NCBI GenBank assembly: GCA_016839585.1
Contig: JAEOTZ010000023.1
Span: 1 to 64,000 of the forward strand
Direction: 5' to 3'
DNA from: Promethearchaeota archaeon
Lineage (GTDB): Archaea; Asgardarchaeota; Lokiarchaeia; Sigyniarchaeales; SOKP01
DNA: 64,000 bases
The translations under genes and the position numbers were made by a program. Below are positions 38,488 to 48,154 of this stretch, one piece after another; position 1 is the stretch's first letter, and every line of letters begins with the position of its first letter. The notes below the pieces were generated by a model. It was given only the letters and a program-made list of their open reading frames with translations, was not told the origin of the DNA and ran no database searches.

Positions 38488-38766
38488 TTATTTCTCTTTT
38501 CTTTTTTTTTTTAACTTTTTTTTTGATTCTGAGATTTTAAATCTTAATTTAGCAATTTCTTCATCTTTTGTTTTAATAATTTCTTTTAATTCATTTATTA
38601 TTAATCGCTGCTTGTCCACTTTATCCTGCAAATCTTTTACTAAAGCATTAAGAGGAGATTTAGATTTTAAATCTTCTATTCTAATAACAGATGAAGTTGG
38701 TTTTATATTAGTTAATTTTTCAAAATGTTGTTGAAGCTCTATGTTTTCTTTTCTTAAAAAACTCAT
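38488..38766 (-). CDS. Short coiled-coil protein, possibly truncated
   Basis: Heptad pattern; in-frame RLCSACGYE follows the stop. Confidence 0.5.
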   Translation of the reverse strand: MSFLRKENIELQQHFEKLTNIKPTSSVIRIEDLKSKSPLNALVKDLQDKVDKQRLIINELKEIIKTKDEEIAKLRFKISESKKKLKKKRKEK

Positions 38767-38795
38767 TTAATCTTTCAATATTAGGTCTGATTCTA

Positions 38796-39461
38796 ATGTT
38801 AATTAGTTCAAGCGGAATTTTCATTGTCATGCCCTTAATGGCTTATTTACGTGATTCTATTTTACCAAAAAAATATCCAAATATAACAGATCCTGAAGGG
38901 ATCATAATGCTAAAGGAATTATTAGAAATGAAAGAGGTAAAAGATTATACACGGTATTTACATTATGCAAAGCACAAGAATGTTCTTAAAATCGCCCATA
39001 GAATTGAAAAGAAATTTAATATAAAGCTTCATTATAAATGGGGAAGACTAGCAGGAGAAATAAAAAATGGAATAGATGATAAAATCAGTGAGATACTAGG
39101 GTATAAAAACTATAAAGATTATTGGGAAAATCATGGAATTCTAAAGAGTTTTTGCCCCGTTGAAGTGGAATATGACTTCTCGAAAAACTCCAGCCTCCCC
39201 ATTAAAAAAGTATATCCTTACAGAAAGAAAAGATATAAACCTGAAGCTTTAGAAGATCCTAGATTATTTAAAAAAGAAATGGAGTTAATAAAGATAGATA
39301 AAATTGCATCAAAATATTATAAAAAAGGTAAATATAAAGAAGCTTTAAAATGGTATGAATTAAAACTGAATGTTCTGCTGGAAATTAGAGAACTTGAGCA
39401 TCCTGATGTTCTAAAACTTAAAGAAAAAATTGAAAATCTAAAAATGCATGAGGATCTTTAG
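38796..39461 (+). CDS. Hypothetical protein with C-terminal TPR
   Basis: IASKYYKKGKYKEALKWYE...EHPDV. Confidence 0.7.
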   Translation: MLISSSGIFIVMPLMAYLRDSILPKKYPNITDPEGIIMLKELLEMKEVKDYTRYLHYAKHKNVLKIAHRIEKKFNIKLHYKWGRLAGEIKNGIDDKISEILGYKNYKDYWENHGILKSFCPVEVEYDFSKNSSLPIKKVYPYRKKRYKPEALEDPRLFKKEMELIKIDKIASKYYKKGKYKEALKWYELKLNVLLEIRELEHPDVLKLKEKIENLKMHEDL

Positions 39462-39560
39462 CGTAAAGTATGCAGCATACAATATTCAATGGTTATATTA
39501 TTCAAAATTAGAATAAACATTTTAATCACTCATGAACATATTCTATCTCATTTCTTCTTT

Positions 39561-40538
39561 TTATGAGACATTAATTTGGTTTAAAGCATTTTCGCTTATT
39601 TTCTGGTATATGCTATTCTTTAAGTTAATAGTTCCCTCATATCCCTTATATAAATCAATCTCTTTAATATCCGAATTTTCGATGAATGTATCCTGACAAG
39701 ATCCAAATTTTAAAAACTTCACTGTATTAGATATTATTCTTATATCTGAACAAAATTTTAGATGAAATGATTTTGAAAAAGTACAATCTTCAAGAATCAC
39801 ATGTTTACTGTCAAATAATTTTATTTTTTTCAAAGTTAGGTTTTTAAAAATAACATAATACCTATTATGATACAACGTTAAATCTTTTAATTTTGCTTTT
39901 TTTATATTGGGATTATCAATTACAATAGGATCTTTTTTTGTTCCACTTCCTCTACACTCAATATCCTTTAAAATATTTCCATATAATGAACTAAATGTAG
40001 ATACAGCAAATGAATCTGTTGTTTTCTTTAAAGGTTTTTGAATTTCTAAGATCTCTTCAATCCAAGGGTGATCAATATTCTCAAGATAATTTCCCCTACT
40101 TAAATTATCTGAATCAAAAAATAAATCCCAATAACAGTTTTTAAATTTGTTATTATAGCATTTATATAATTTAAATTCCGTATCGAATCTTGAGTCTTTT
40201 AATAGACAGTTCCGACATTCGATCAGATTAATGAAATTACTTTCACAGTTGTCAATCGTTATATCAGTACAATTATAGAAAAATAAAGATCGGAGGATAC
40301 AGTTTTTCATATAAATATTTTTACAGTACCCTAATACTATAGAATTAAGGTGACAATTTTCAATAATTATAAACCTTTTAGATTCCAATATTTCAAAATC
40401 ATTAGGGATACTCGATGAAGAATCAATTATAAATGGATCTTCTTTAACACCTGTACCTCTGCATTCCACCTCAAATTCTTCAAATCTTAAAGGTTCTCCA
40501 CTCCTTTTATATATGCCTTTCCTTAATTTAATTTTCAT
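39561..40538 (-). CDS. Duplicated right-handed beta-helix/LRR-like protein (paralog of 41223..42260)
   Basis: Two ECRGxGxKxDPxxID caps, each followed by xIxNCx repeats. Confidence 0.75.
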   Translation of the reverse strand: MKIKLRKGIYKRSGEPLRFEEFEVECRGTGVKEDPFIIDSSSSIPNDFEILESKRFIIIENCHLNSIVLGYCKNIYMKNCILRSLFFYNCTDITIDNCESNFINLIECRNCLLKDSRFDTEFKLYKCYNNKFKNCYWDLFFDSDNLSRGNYLENIDHPWIEEILEIQKPLKKTTDSFAVSTFSSLYGNILKDIECRGSGTKKDPIVIDNPNIKKAKLKDLTLYHNRYYVIFKNLTLKKIKLFDSKHVILEDCTFSKSFHLKFCSDIRIISNTVKFLKFGSCQDTFIENSDIKEIDLYKGYEGTINLKNSIYQKISENALNQINVS

Positions 40539-40690
40539 AATGGATTCTATTCTTTACACTTTTAATTTTCTTTTACTATAAGAACTTTTAATTCTTGAAT
40601 TAATTTTATTTTTACTAATTAATCAAAGAAAAGTAGTAAAATTAGAAAAAAATATAAATTTCATACATTCTTTATCAAATTAATCTCTAT

Positions 40691-40856
40691 GGGGACTTGG
40701 TGTAGCCCGGTAGATTGTGAAGCGATTGTGGCTTCAATTCCGAACACAGCAGGCTCCAGATCCTACAAGCAAAAGCTGTTCCGTGGACACCTGTCGGTCG
40801 GGGGTTCAATATGGTGCGCCTGCATCGCGCTCCATGATCACATCCCTCAGTCCCCA
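40691..40856 (+). tRNA. tRNA-Trp(CCA) with three introns (D-arm, anticodon loop, T-loop)
   Basis: Acceptor GGGGACT/AGTCCCC-A; anticodon arm GCAGG-CTCCAG|A-CCTGT; T arm GGGGG-TTCAA|AT-CCCTC. Removing about 40713-40743, 40760-40788 and 40810-40841 gives a 74-nt cloverleaf. Confidence 0.9.
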
Positions 40857-41023
40857 TTCTTTTTCCATTTATAATTTGAGAATTTACCATTGAATTAGAA
40901 TTGATTTATTTTTGGGGATTTTATAGTCCTAATATTCTATAGATAAGCTATAACTACTCAACTGGTATTTTTAACTATCAAATTTAGTTGAGTTTAAAAA
41001 ATTTATAGTAAAACAACAATTAT

Positions 41024-41236
41024 ATGTTTATTATTCAGATTTTTTTCATTTTAACTCTTTTATTAGTTCTTCTTACTGGAATCTTCTTTGTATTCAAGAA
41101 GAAAGAATATAAAGCAAGAAAATTAAAACTTATTATTATTTTTTTAATGTTTATCTCTCTATTAGAGTTTTTTTTGAATTTAGATAAATATATTTCTTCA
41201 GAATTTCTCAGAAAGTATGTATCTAAACAATTTTAA
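41024..41236 (+). CDS. Possible small 2-TM membrane protein
   Basis: Two hydrophobic stretches separated by a basic loop; overlaps the convergent gene by 14 nt. Confidence 0.4.
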   Translation: MFIIQIFFILTLLLVLLTGIFFVFKKKEYKARKLKLIIIFLMFISLLEFFLNLDKYISSEFLRKYVSKQF

Positions 41237-42260
41237 TCGCTGGTATTGATTCCTTTTTTATCTTTTTGTAGGTACAATTTCTTAAAGTGATGGGTTCTCC
41301 GAAACTTTGATACATATCAATTATTTTAATTTTTGAACCTTCCGGTATATATCCTTTATATATTTCAATCTCTTGAATATCTGAATTTGCGATGATGGTG
41401 TCTTGGCATGCACCAAATTTTAACTTCTTAATGAACGCAAAGTTTATTTTTATATCCGCACAGAATTTTAACAAGCACAATTTTGAGATATTACAATTTT
41501 CCAGAGTTATGTGCTTTGTATCGTACAACTTTAAGAATTTCAAATCAAAGTTCTTAAAGATAACATAGTCTCTTTTACAAAATAGTTCTATTTCTCTCAC
41601 ATCCAGATCTTTTAACTTATGATTATCTATTATGTACGGGTTCTCTTTAGTGCCAGATCCAATGCACTCAACTTCTACAATAGATGAGCGTGCATTTATT
41701 GAATAGGAACATTTGCTTTTTAAACCTGGTTTTTTAATTTCCTCAAATGCATCTTTAGTTGGATTAAACAGAGTCCCGCTAAAATCACAATTTTCGAATT
41801 TGTTTTCCCTACAATATTTTTCATGAACAGTAAAAAAATTCCAAAATTCACAATTTATAAATGTATTATGAGAGCACTTGTATAAACGAATTAGTTCCTC
41901 AGTTACGGAATCTTTCACCAAACAATTTTGATTACCAAACCATCTTAGAAAATAAATACGAGAATCCTCAATGGTTAAATAGTTACAATCCACCATCATC
42001 AAAGAGGTAAACCTACAATTTTTCATTACAATATTTTTGGTGTGTCTTAGAGTTAACAACTTTATATCTAGATCTTTTATGACAATATAAAGTTCTGATT
42101 CAACAATATCAATATTTCCTTCCGGAAAAATCGATGAGGAGTCAATGGTAGCGGGATCATCCTTAGTTCCAGAACCTTTGCATTCTATTTCAAATTCTTC
42201 AAATTTTGTCGGTTCACCTGTCCTAAAACTATAACTTCCATTTCTTACTTTAATAATCAT
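41223..42260 (-). CDS. Duplicated right-handed beta-helix/LRR-like protein (paralog of 39561..40538)
   Basis: ECKGSGTKDDPATID / ECIGSGTKENPYIID caps; shared LKFCxDI and LKFGxCQDT. Confidence 0.75.
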   Translation of the reverse strand: MIIKVRNGSYSFRTGEPTKFEEFEIECKGSGTKDDPATIDSSSIFPEGNIDIVESELYIVIKDLDIKLLTLRHTKNIVMKNCRFTSLMMVDCNYLTIEDSRIYFLRWFGNQNCLVKDSVTEELIRLYKCSHNTFINCEFWNFFTVHEKYCRENKFENCDFSGTLFNPTKDAFEEIKKPGLKSKCSYSINARSSIVEVECIGSGTKENPYIIDNHKLKDLDVREIELFCKRDYVIFKNFDLKFLKLYDTKHITLENCNISKLCLLKFCADIKINFAFIKKLKFGACQDTIIANSDIQEIEIYKGYIPEGSKIKIIDMYQSFGEPITLRNCTYKKIKKESIPAIKIV

Positions 42261-42391
42261 TTAAATCACTCCTCAATTGAGATTTTTTAATTATAAAAGA
42301 GCTGTGTTTATTTTTTTATAATCTGTAATTATTGTTATTTCAATAAGTTATTATATGCATAAATTATTGATAAATTTGTATATGTGTATTT

Positions 42392-42814
42392 CTAAACCGT
42401 CTTTTTTTTGTTTTTTCTATCATATAACCATTGTCCAATATGAGCAGTGCTGATTATAGAAACTTGAATTATCAAATATAGTCCGAGATATATCGTTTTA
42501 GGAGAATTTGCGAGAAAAACGATTAAAAATCCAATTATGAGCAAATTTATTATTATCCAAGTAAATCCTGTATTTTCAATAGTAATTTTTCTATAGAGTT
42601 TCTTAAACTGAGTAGTATAATAATATAATAAAATGATTAGTAAACCTAAACCTACAATGAAAAAATAAATTCCAAAAAACAAAACAATGAAAATTTTAGA
42701 TAAAGATACTCCATAGGTAGTTATTGAGGCACTAAAGCAAATTAAACTCAATAGAAAAAAGAAAACCATGAAAAGGTAAAAATTGCGACAAAATTTCCTT
42801 TTAGCAAATAACAT
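42392..42814 (-). CDS. Hypothetical 4-TM membrane protein
   Basis: Hydrophobicity pattern only. Confidence 0.55.
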   Translation of the reverse strand: MLFAKRKFCRNFYLFMVFFFLLSLICFSASITTYGVSLSKIFIVLFFGIYFFIVGLGLLIILLYYYTTQFKKLYRKITIENTGFTWIIINLLIIGFLIVFLANSPKTIYLGLYLIIQVSIISTAHIGQWLYDRKNKKKTV

Positions 42815-42845
42815 TTTCTTTTTTTTTCCCTTTTATCTTCTTCAA

Positions 42846-43376
42846 TCAATCAGTTCTTTTTTTTATTAAGATGTCATATAGATCAGGGATTTTATCACTT
42901 ACTAATCCCCCTAATAAAGCAAAAATACCTGTAAAAAAAAGGAAAATACACGGAATTAACTCCTTGAAAGTAAGCAAATTACTATAAAATAATTCAAAAA
43001 ATAATAAAACTCCATTAAATAAACCATAACTTATTCCTATAATAAGTCCTGTCTCTCGAGGATTAAATTTATTACTGATAGAACTTCTTAATCTTTTTCC
43101 GATATATATTAAATGTAAAGCAAATAATAACCGCCAGCTGAGATATAACATAATAGGTGAGAATGCTAGGGCGTAATATATTCCATTTATAAAAGTAGAA
43201 ATAGCAGATATAAAAAGAAATGCAATACTAACTGAAAAAAAGAATAAAGCGATTTTTGTTCTTTTTTTATTTAATTTACTTTTTGTTCTTTTTTTGTATA
43301 AAGTTTCAGCACGGTACATTTTATCTATTTTGGATTCAATATGTTGATTTAATGCTCTTCTATATGCTGCTTTCAT
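42846..43376 (-). CDS. Hypothetical membrane protein (N-terminal MKAAYRRAL motif)
   Basis: 4 TM; N-terminus shared with the upstream gene. Confidence 0.65.
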   Translation of the reverse strand: MKAAYRRALNQHIESKIDKMYRAETLYKKRTKSKLNKKRTKIALFFFSVSIAFLFISAISTFINGIYYALAFSPIMLYLSWRLLFALHLIYIGKRLRSSISNKFNPRETGLIIGISYGLFNGVLLFFELFYSNLLTFKELIPCIFLFFTGIFALLGGLVSDKIPDLYDILIKKRTD

Positions 43377-43404
43377 ATTAATTTAATTTTTTTCGAATTA
43401 ATTA

Positions 43405-44016
43405 CTAATTATATTTACAATATTTACCCATAAATCTGGCAATATTCCATCCAATCCTTGTACAAGCTTCTCTTTTTCCCCTGTATATCGTAAATTTTTT
43501 AGTTGTATTTAAGACAAAAGATAATTTATAAATAGGATCATCTATGTATCTATGATCTTTTTTGACAATAAGTGATTTTATATCATCAAATTTGAAGGTA
43601 CTTGATTTTTTTTTATGAGTAAAGGATTTATGAAATTTAATTATTTGAGTTAATTTATCAATTGTTAATTCTCGTTTTTGTTTTTTATAATACAAGTAAT
43701 TTCCTATTAAAGGTAAGAAATATAGAAGAAAAGAAAACGAGAAAATTATAAGTAATGATAAGAAACTTATCGAAAAACCTGATATAATTGAAAGTGAAAA
43801 TAATGAAATAGTAAAAATTCCTGTAATAAGAATTACACGATCTCTATAAAGTCGTGAAAGATCAGATAAAACATATAATATCTTTAATTTATCCTTTTGT
43901 TTTAGTATGGAACAATCTTGTATAATCTTCTCATAGCGAAGAGTTTTAGGTATTGAATCCGATTCAATTTGTTGTTTTAATGCCCGCCGATACGAGGCTT
44001 TCATTTTATCGTACAT
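43405..44016 (-). CDS. Hypothetical membrane protein with bacterial-PH-like C-terminus (N-terminal MKASYRRAL motif)
   Basis: 2 TM, then ELTIDK...FKFDDIKSL...YKLSF. Confidence 0.6.
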   Translation of the reverse strand: MYDKMKASYRRALKQQIESDSIPKTLRYEKIIQDCSILKQKDKLKILYVLSDLSRLYRDRVILITGIFTISLFSLSIISGFSISFLSLLIIFSFSFLLYFLPLIGNYLYYKKQKRELTIDKLTQIIKFHKSFTHKKKSSTFKFDDIKSLIVKKDHRYIDDPIYKLSFVLNTTKKFTIYRGKREACTRIGWNIARFMGKYCKYN

Positions 44017-44146
44017 TTATAAAATCTTTATATATTTATATATATTTACATATATTCATATATACTAGATTATTTAAATGTAGTGATAATCAGCTCAAAT
44101 AGAAAGATTTTGTAAGATCTATTATCTTAAATTTCCATTATTAAAC

Positions 44147-44530
44147 TTATTTAATCTTATGGGAGAGTTTGTGGACGATCCACCATTTATTATTGATTTT
44201 CATCAGGTTAAAATAGTCAATATATCCAACTTCCTCGCATTCAATCTTGAGCTTAACGGCAGCATTATTACCTGTAACATCAACGTTGTAAAATTCAGTC
44301 ATCCAGTTTAAGTTTATGTTTGCTTTTTCTGGGTCGTACCATGATAAATATTCTGCTTTATCAACTATTTTCAGTTGATTATTTTGATCAAACAGAAAAA
44401 ATTTCCATTCATCATGCAAAATATTTTTATATAGTTCAGGATCACTTCTAACGTGGCCTTCATGGTAGTAATCCATAATAACTTTTTTTATAGTTTCTAT
44501 TTCAGATTCTTCACTACTTTCATTCGACAT
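44147..44530 (-). CDS. NTF2-like (lumazine-binding/SnoaL) protein
   Basis: VDVTGNNAAVK, YIDYFNLMKINNKWWIVHK. Confidence 0.88.
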   Translation of the reverse strand: MSNESSEESEIETIKKVIMDYYHEGHVRSDPELYKNILHDEWKFFLFDQNNQLKIVDKAEYLSWYDPEKANINLNWMTEFYNVDVTGNNAAVKLKIECEEVGYIDYFNLMKINNKWWIVHKLSHKIK

Positions 44531-44831
44531 TAATTCTTAAAAATTTCTATAATTCTTAACATTTATTAGAACAATTCAAAAAGAAGTTAAAAAAATCTAG
44601 TGAATGAGTAACCTCATTAGAAAAAAAATCAGATTTTGCATTTAATAAAATATGAAAATTAACCTTGTTTTCATATTTTTCATCTCTATCCATTAGATTT
44701 CTTTAATAATCTTGCTCATGTCATCTAAAATTAAAGATCTTAATGAAAACTGATTATATATTGTCGATTTATTTTTTTTTTATTTTTGAAAGAAATTGAA
44801 AGAAAAAAAAGTAAAAAATTAAAAAAAAATT

Positions 44832-45581
44832 TTAGCTAATTTCTGTACCACATAAAGCGCAAAAATTTCCTAACGCAGATAATTTTACTCCACAATTTGG
44901 GCAAAATTTGATTTTTCGTTCAAGGTTGTTTACTGGTTGAGGTTTAGGTAAGGCTGTTTGCAGTTCTGAAGATTCTGGAGCGTCATAAGTCGATAATTTG
45001 TTTAATGTTGCGAGCATAAAATATCCTTTCACTTGATAGATAAAGCCGATGATTGCCGGGACGATTAAAAACCATAATGAGCTTAAGAGCGTACCTGTTT
45101 TTAGTTTATCGCACCCCTTAATTGCCTCTTCAGATATATCAGCTGGAAACATCTTAAAATTATTCTTAAAAAATATTTTCAGATTTTTCCACGCTTTCAT
45201 TTCAGCTGCCACACCTACATATATTAACACTAACCCTGATATCATAAGAATTATAGGTAAATAGAGCGAGATATAGATAGGGAATGAGGTTGAGAAAAAG
45301 AAAAAGAAAAAAATGTTAACAACTCCGGTGATCAAGACGACCATACCACATATTCTTGATATAAATCCTCTGATGTATTTTGAGCGAAACTCATGTAACA
45401 ATGAGTTATTTAAAGTGTAATTTGCCCTTTTAAGGCACCCCATCGCAATGAAAACAAAAATCATTGCTATCAAACCAGCTATTCCTGCGGTGATGCTTAC
45501 AATCGTTAAAATTGCAGCAACTCGAAAATATTTCCCACTTTCATGGAATTCTTTTCTAACACCTATATTTGACATTCTCAT
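44832..45581 (-). CDS. Membrane protein with C-terminal Zn ribbon (DUF973/DUF996-like)
   Basis: Several TM segments; FCPNCG...FCALCG. Confidence 0.75.
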   Translation of the reverse strand: MRMSNIGVRKEFHESGKYFRVAAILTIVSITAGIAGLIAMIFVFIAMGCLKRANYTLNNSLLHEFRSKYIRGFISRICGMVVLITGVVNIFFFFFFSTSFPIYISLYLPIILMISGLVLIYVGVAAEMKAWKNLKIFFKNNFKMFPADISEEAIKGCDKLKTGTLLSSLWFLIVPAIIGFIYQVKGYFMLATLNKLSTYDAPESSELQTALPKPQPVNNLERKIKFCPNCGVKLSALGNFCALCGTEIS

Positions 45582-45805
45582 TTTCGCATTTTAATTTTTA
45601 GGTATTTAATATATTCATCTCAAAGATGATTGATTAATTAACGGGAGTCCATTAATTGCAAATAGAACAGATTGTTGCTTTTTGAAGAAGTAAATCTCAA
45701 CTATGGAATTTTAATCAAATTAGATTTATAGATTATTACAGTAAAGTTATAATATACTTAAAAATCTCTAAAATTAAAAAAAAAATAACAAGAGAATAAG
45801 ATCAC

Positions 45806-46192
45806 ATGATAGTAATTATAGCGGCAATTTTACTGATTATCTTGTTCATTATAATGAGTGTATTTCAATTTTTACTCGTATTGGGTTTACCGTTAGGCCA
45901 TTTAGCTTATGGAGGGAAGTATAAAAAACTCCCTAAAAAGTTAAGAATTATGAGCGTAGTCGCAATTGGGATTTTCATTTTTAGTTCAATAATCGTATTA
46001 GAACGAGTAGAACTAATAAAGATATTTAATAATCCTATGGTTTCTTTAGTTATAGTTTGGATATTAGCTGTTTATTTTACTCTTGGTGTGTTAATGAATA
46101 TGATTTCAAGAAGTAAATGGGAAAAACGAATAATGACCCCTATTGCAATAGTTATTACATTATGTTGTTTTATAGTTGCAATCTTTGCTTAA
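45806..46192 (+). CDS. Hypothetical 4-TM membrane protein
   Basis: LGLPLGHLAYGG..LP, SRSKWEKRIMTP. Confidence 0.75.
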   Translation: MIVIIAAILLIILFIIMSVFQFLLVLGLPLGHLAYGGKYKKLPKKLRIMSVVAIGIFIFSSIIVLERVELIKIFNNPMVSLVIVWILAVYFTLGVLMNMISRSKWEKRIMTPIAIVITLCCFIVAIFA

Positions 46193-46255
46193 AAGATAAA
46201 TTGAAAATCAATTTCAGGGATTAAAGAAAAAGTTTTAGATGACAAAGTTTTCTAT

Positions 46256-46552
46256 TTAAGTATATGAATAGAACTTAAATTGGATATTCTTTTTTTCAAG
46301 CCATTCTCTAAATTCTGTGTCGCTTTTAAAACTTTCTTTTATTAAATGTAATAAAACTTCAGGAATATTCTCTGATTTTACCGTTAACCAATATTCGTGA
46401 TCATAATCTCCAAAAAATTCTTTTACTGATTGCCCAAAATCGTATCCTGAAAGGACTAGATCACCATTATCATTTATTTCAGCAATAAGGCTATGAGTTT
46501 CGTTTTCTTTAGTTTTATAATCGTAAATTATAATTTTTTTCACGTGAATCAC
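46256..46552 (-). CDS. Hypothetical protein
   Basis: 98-aa ORF with globular composition. Confidence 0.65.
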   Translation of the reverse strand: MIHVKKIIIYDYKTKENETHSLIAEINDNGDLVLSGYDFGQSVKEFFGDYDHEYWLTVKSENIPEVLLHLIKESFKSDTEFREWLEKKNIQFKFYSYT

Positions 46553-46686
46553 CCATTATATGGAGAGTTAATTCTTCTTTTTTTAATTATTATAGATATT
46601 TTGCTTTTTTGGATTATTTCTTTTTATATATTTTTTTATACTATTAATTCGAAATATATTTTATCAAATCAATATATTATTATCGA

Positions 46687-47166
46687 TTGAAAATGGAAAA
46701 GAGTATGGGTATTGATCTAGGTAATCTGAAAATAAATCATATATGTTATATTTATAAGGATGTTGAAAAACAAGCAAAAATTATGGAATCTCTTTTTAAC
46801 ATGCCAAAATTCATTTTTTCTGAAGATCTTGACCATCCAGCTAAATATCGGGGCAAGGATACAAAATTTTCTTTAAAATTAGGAATGAGTCGATGCTTCA
46901 ATGTGCAAATCGAACTTTTTCAATGGATTGAAGGTGATTGTGTTTATAAAGAATTCATAGACGCTAAAAGAGAAGGAATTCATCATTTTGGTGTTCTTGT
47001 TGATAAATTACAGGATTATATTACTGAATTTCAAAATCAAGGTATAGAAGCATTACAAACTGGTACATTTCCACCTAGCCTAAAATATGCTTACATGAAT
47101 ACTGAGAAAATTTTTGGAGTAATAATAGAATTTATAGAAATAATTGAAAGGAAAAGAAGAAAATAA
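46687..47166 (+). CDS. VOC/glyoxalase family (methylmalonyl-CoA epimerase-like)
   Basis: NHIC, QIELFQ, EGIHHFG, IIEFIE. Confidence 0.88.
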   Translation: MKMEKSMGIDLGNLKINHICYIYKDVEKQAKIMESLFNMPKFIFSEDLDHPAKYRGKDTKFSLKLGMSRCFNVQIELFQWIEGDCVYKEFIDAKREGIHHFGVLVDKLQDYITEFQNQGIEALQTGTFPPSLKYAYMNTEKIFGVIIEFIEIIERKRRK

Positions 47167-47479
47167 GATTCCTGCTTTCCTTTTTTGGATTTATTTTGAA
47201 GAAATATTTTCGTGAAAGCCCGATTTCACGATCTTTATGATATTACATATTGATAAATTCGTTTTTTAGGAGAAAATTTGTAATTGAAAACAAAATTAGA
47301 TTGAAAAATTGACAATTTATACTTTTCTTAAAATAACCTTCTGGAAGTAAGTGAATTTGTTAAAATTTTTCAATTTCGTAATTAAAAATAAGTATATACT
47401 TATCAAACATAACAATTCATTTAATTAGAGTGAATTTTTATCTCAATATTGAGGTATTTTTAATTGGAGGTGAATATGT

Positions 47480-47671
47480 ATTAATATAGATTGGAAATTA
47501 TTTAAGAGAACATATCCATATATTTGTGATAAATGTGGATATTTTCATTGGGAATACAAGACTGTTTGTGAAGGATGTGGAAGGCAAAATACGATTAGGA
47601 AAATCACTAAAAAAGATTGGAAAAAAGCACATTTATTAGATAAAATGGAGATACAAAGTTCTTCAGTTTGA
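47480..47671 (+). CDS. Small Zn-ribbon protein with apparent ATT start (missing from ORF track)
   Basis: GGAGGTGA at 47466-47473, then (I)NIDWKLFKRTYPYICDKCGYFHWEYKTVCEGCG...; in-frame TGA at 47471 upstream. Confidence 0.7.
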   Translation: MNIDWKLFKRTYPYICDKCGYFHWEYKTVCEGCGRQNTIRKITKKDWKKAHLLDKMEIQSSSV

Positions 47672-47759
47672 AATCCAATCAATAGACATAAAGTAACAAA
47701 AAAAATAAAGCAATTTGTCAAATATTAATATTAATAGAAAAAAATATTTCTTCTAAGAT

Positions 47760-48137
47760 ATGTATAAAATTGAAAAAATAGGGAAAAATCACATTTATAT
47801 AAAGGTACTTGGAACTTTTCCTCCCTCCGTTGCTAAAAATTTTATTAAAGATTTTGAAGAAAGAACAAAAGGATTTACAAATTATTCCGTAATTATAGAT
47901 GGATTAGATTTTATACTACTTAATCTTAAATCTTTTGAGATTATATTAGATTTCCTTAAAAAAAATAATGATAGATTAGTGAGATCAGCCTATGTTGTTG
48001 CAGATAATCCTGTTTTAGATAAAGAAGCTCAAATTTTATTAGAAAGAGCAAAGTCTCCAAAAAGAAAGATTGTTACTAGTCTAGATGAAGCAAAGGAATG
48101 GATTGGAATTGAAGATATAATAGTTAAGAGAGATTAA
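47760..48137 (+). CDS. STAS/SEC14-like (SpoIIAA-like) small protein
   Basis: Alpha/beta pattern ending SLDEAKEWI. Confidence 0.7.
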   Translation: MYKIEKIGKNHIYIKVLGTFPPSVAKNFIKDFEERTKGFTNYSVIIDGLDFILLNLKSFEIILDFLKKNNDRLVRSAYVVADNPVLDKEAQILLERAKSPKRKIVTSLDEAKEWIGIEDIIVKRD

Positions 48138-48154
48138 CTTTTCTCAATCATTCT

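Noticed and set aside
40691-40856. Possible tRNA-Sec, given the selD genes
   Set aside because: Anticodon is CCA, the acceptor stem is 7 bp and the variable loop is short, so it is tRNA-Trp.
40687-40890. ORFs 40687..40890 (-) and 40689..40874 (+)
   Set aside because: They overlap the GC-rich tRNA-Trp gene and are spurious.
47210-47232. Hairpin TCGTGAAA-GCCCGA-TTTCACGA downstream of the VOC gene
   Set aside because: Isolated 8-bp stem with no SECIS, C/D or H/ACA motifs; it could be an operator or terminator but this is unsupported.
37781-47700. Prophage or integrated element at tRNA-Trp
   Set aside because: No integrase, capsid, terminase, transposase or duplicated tRNA 3' end was seen.
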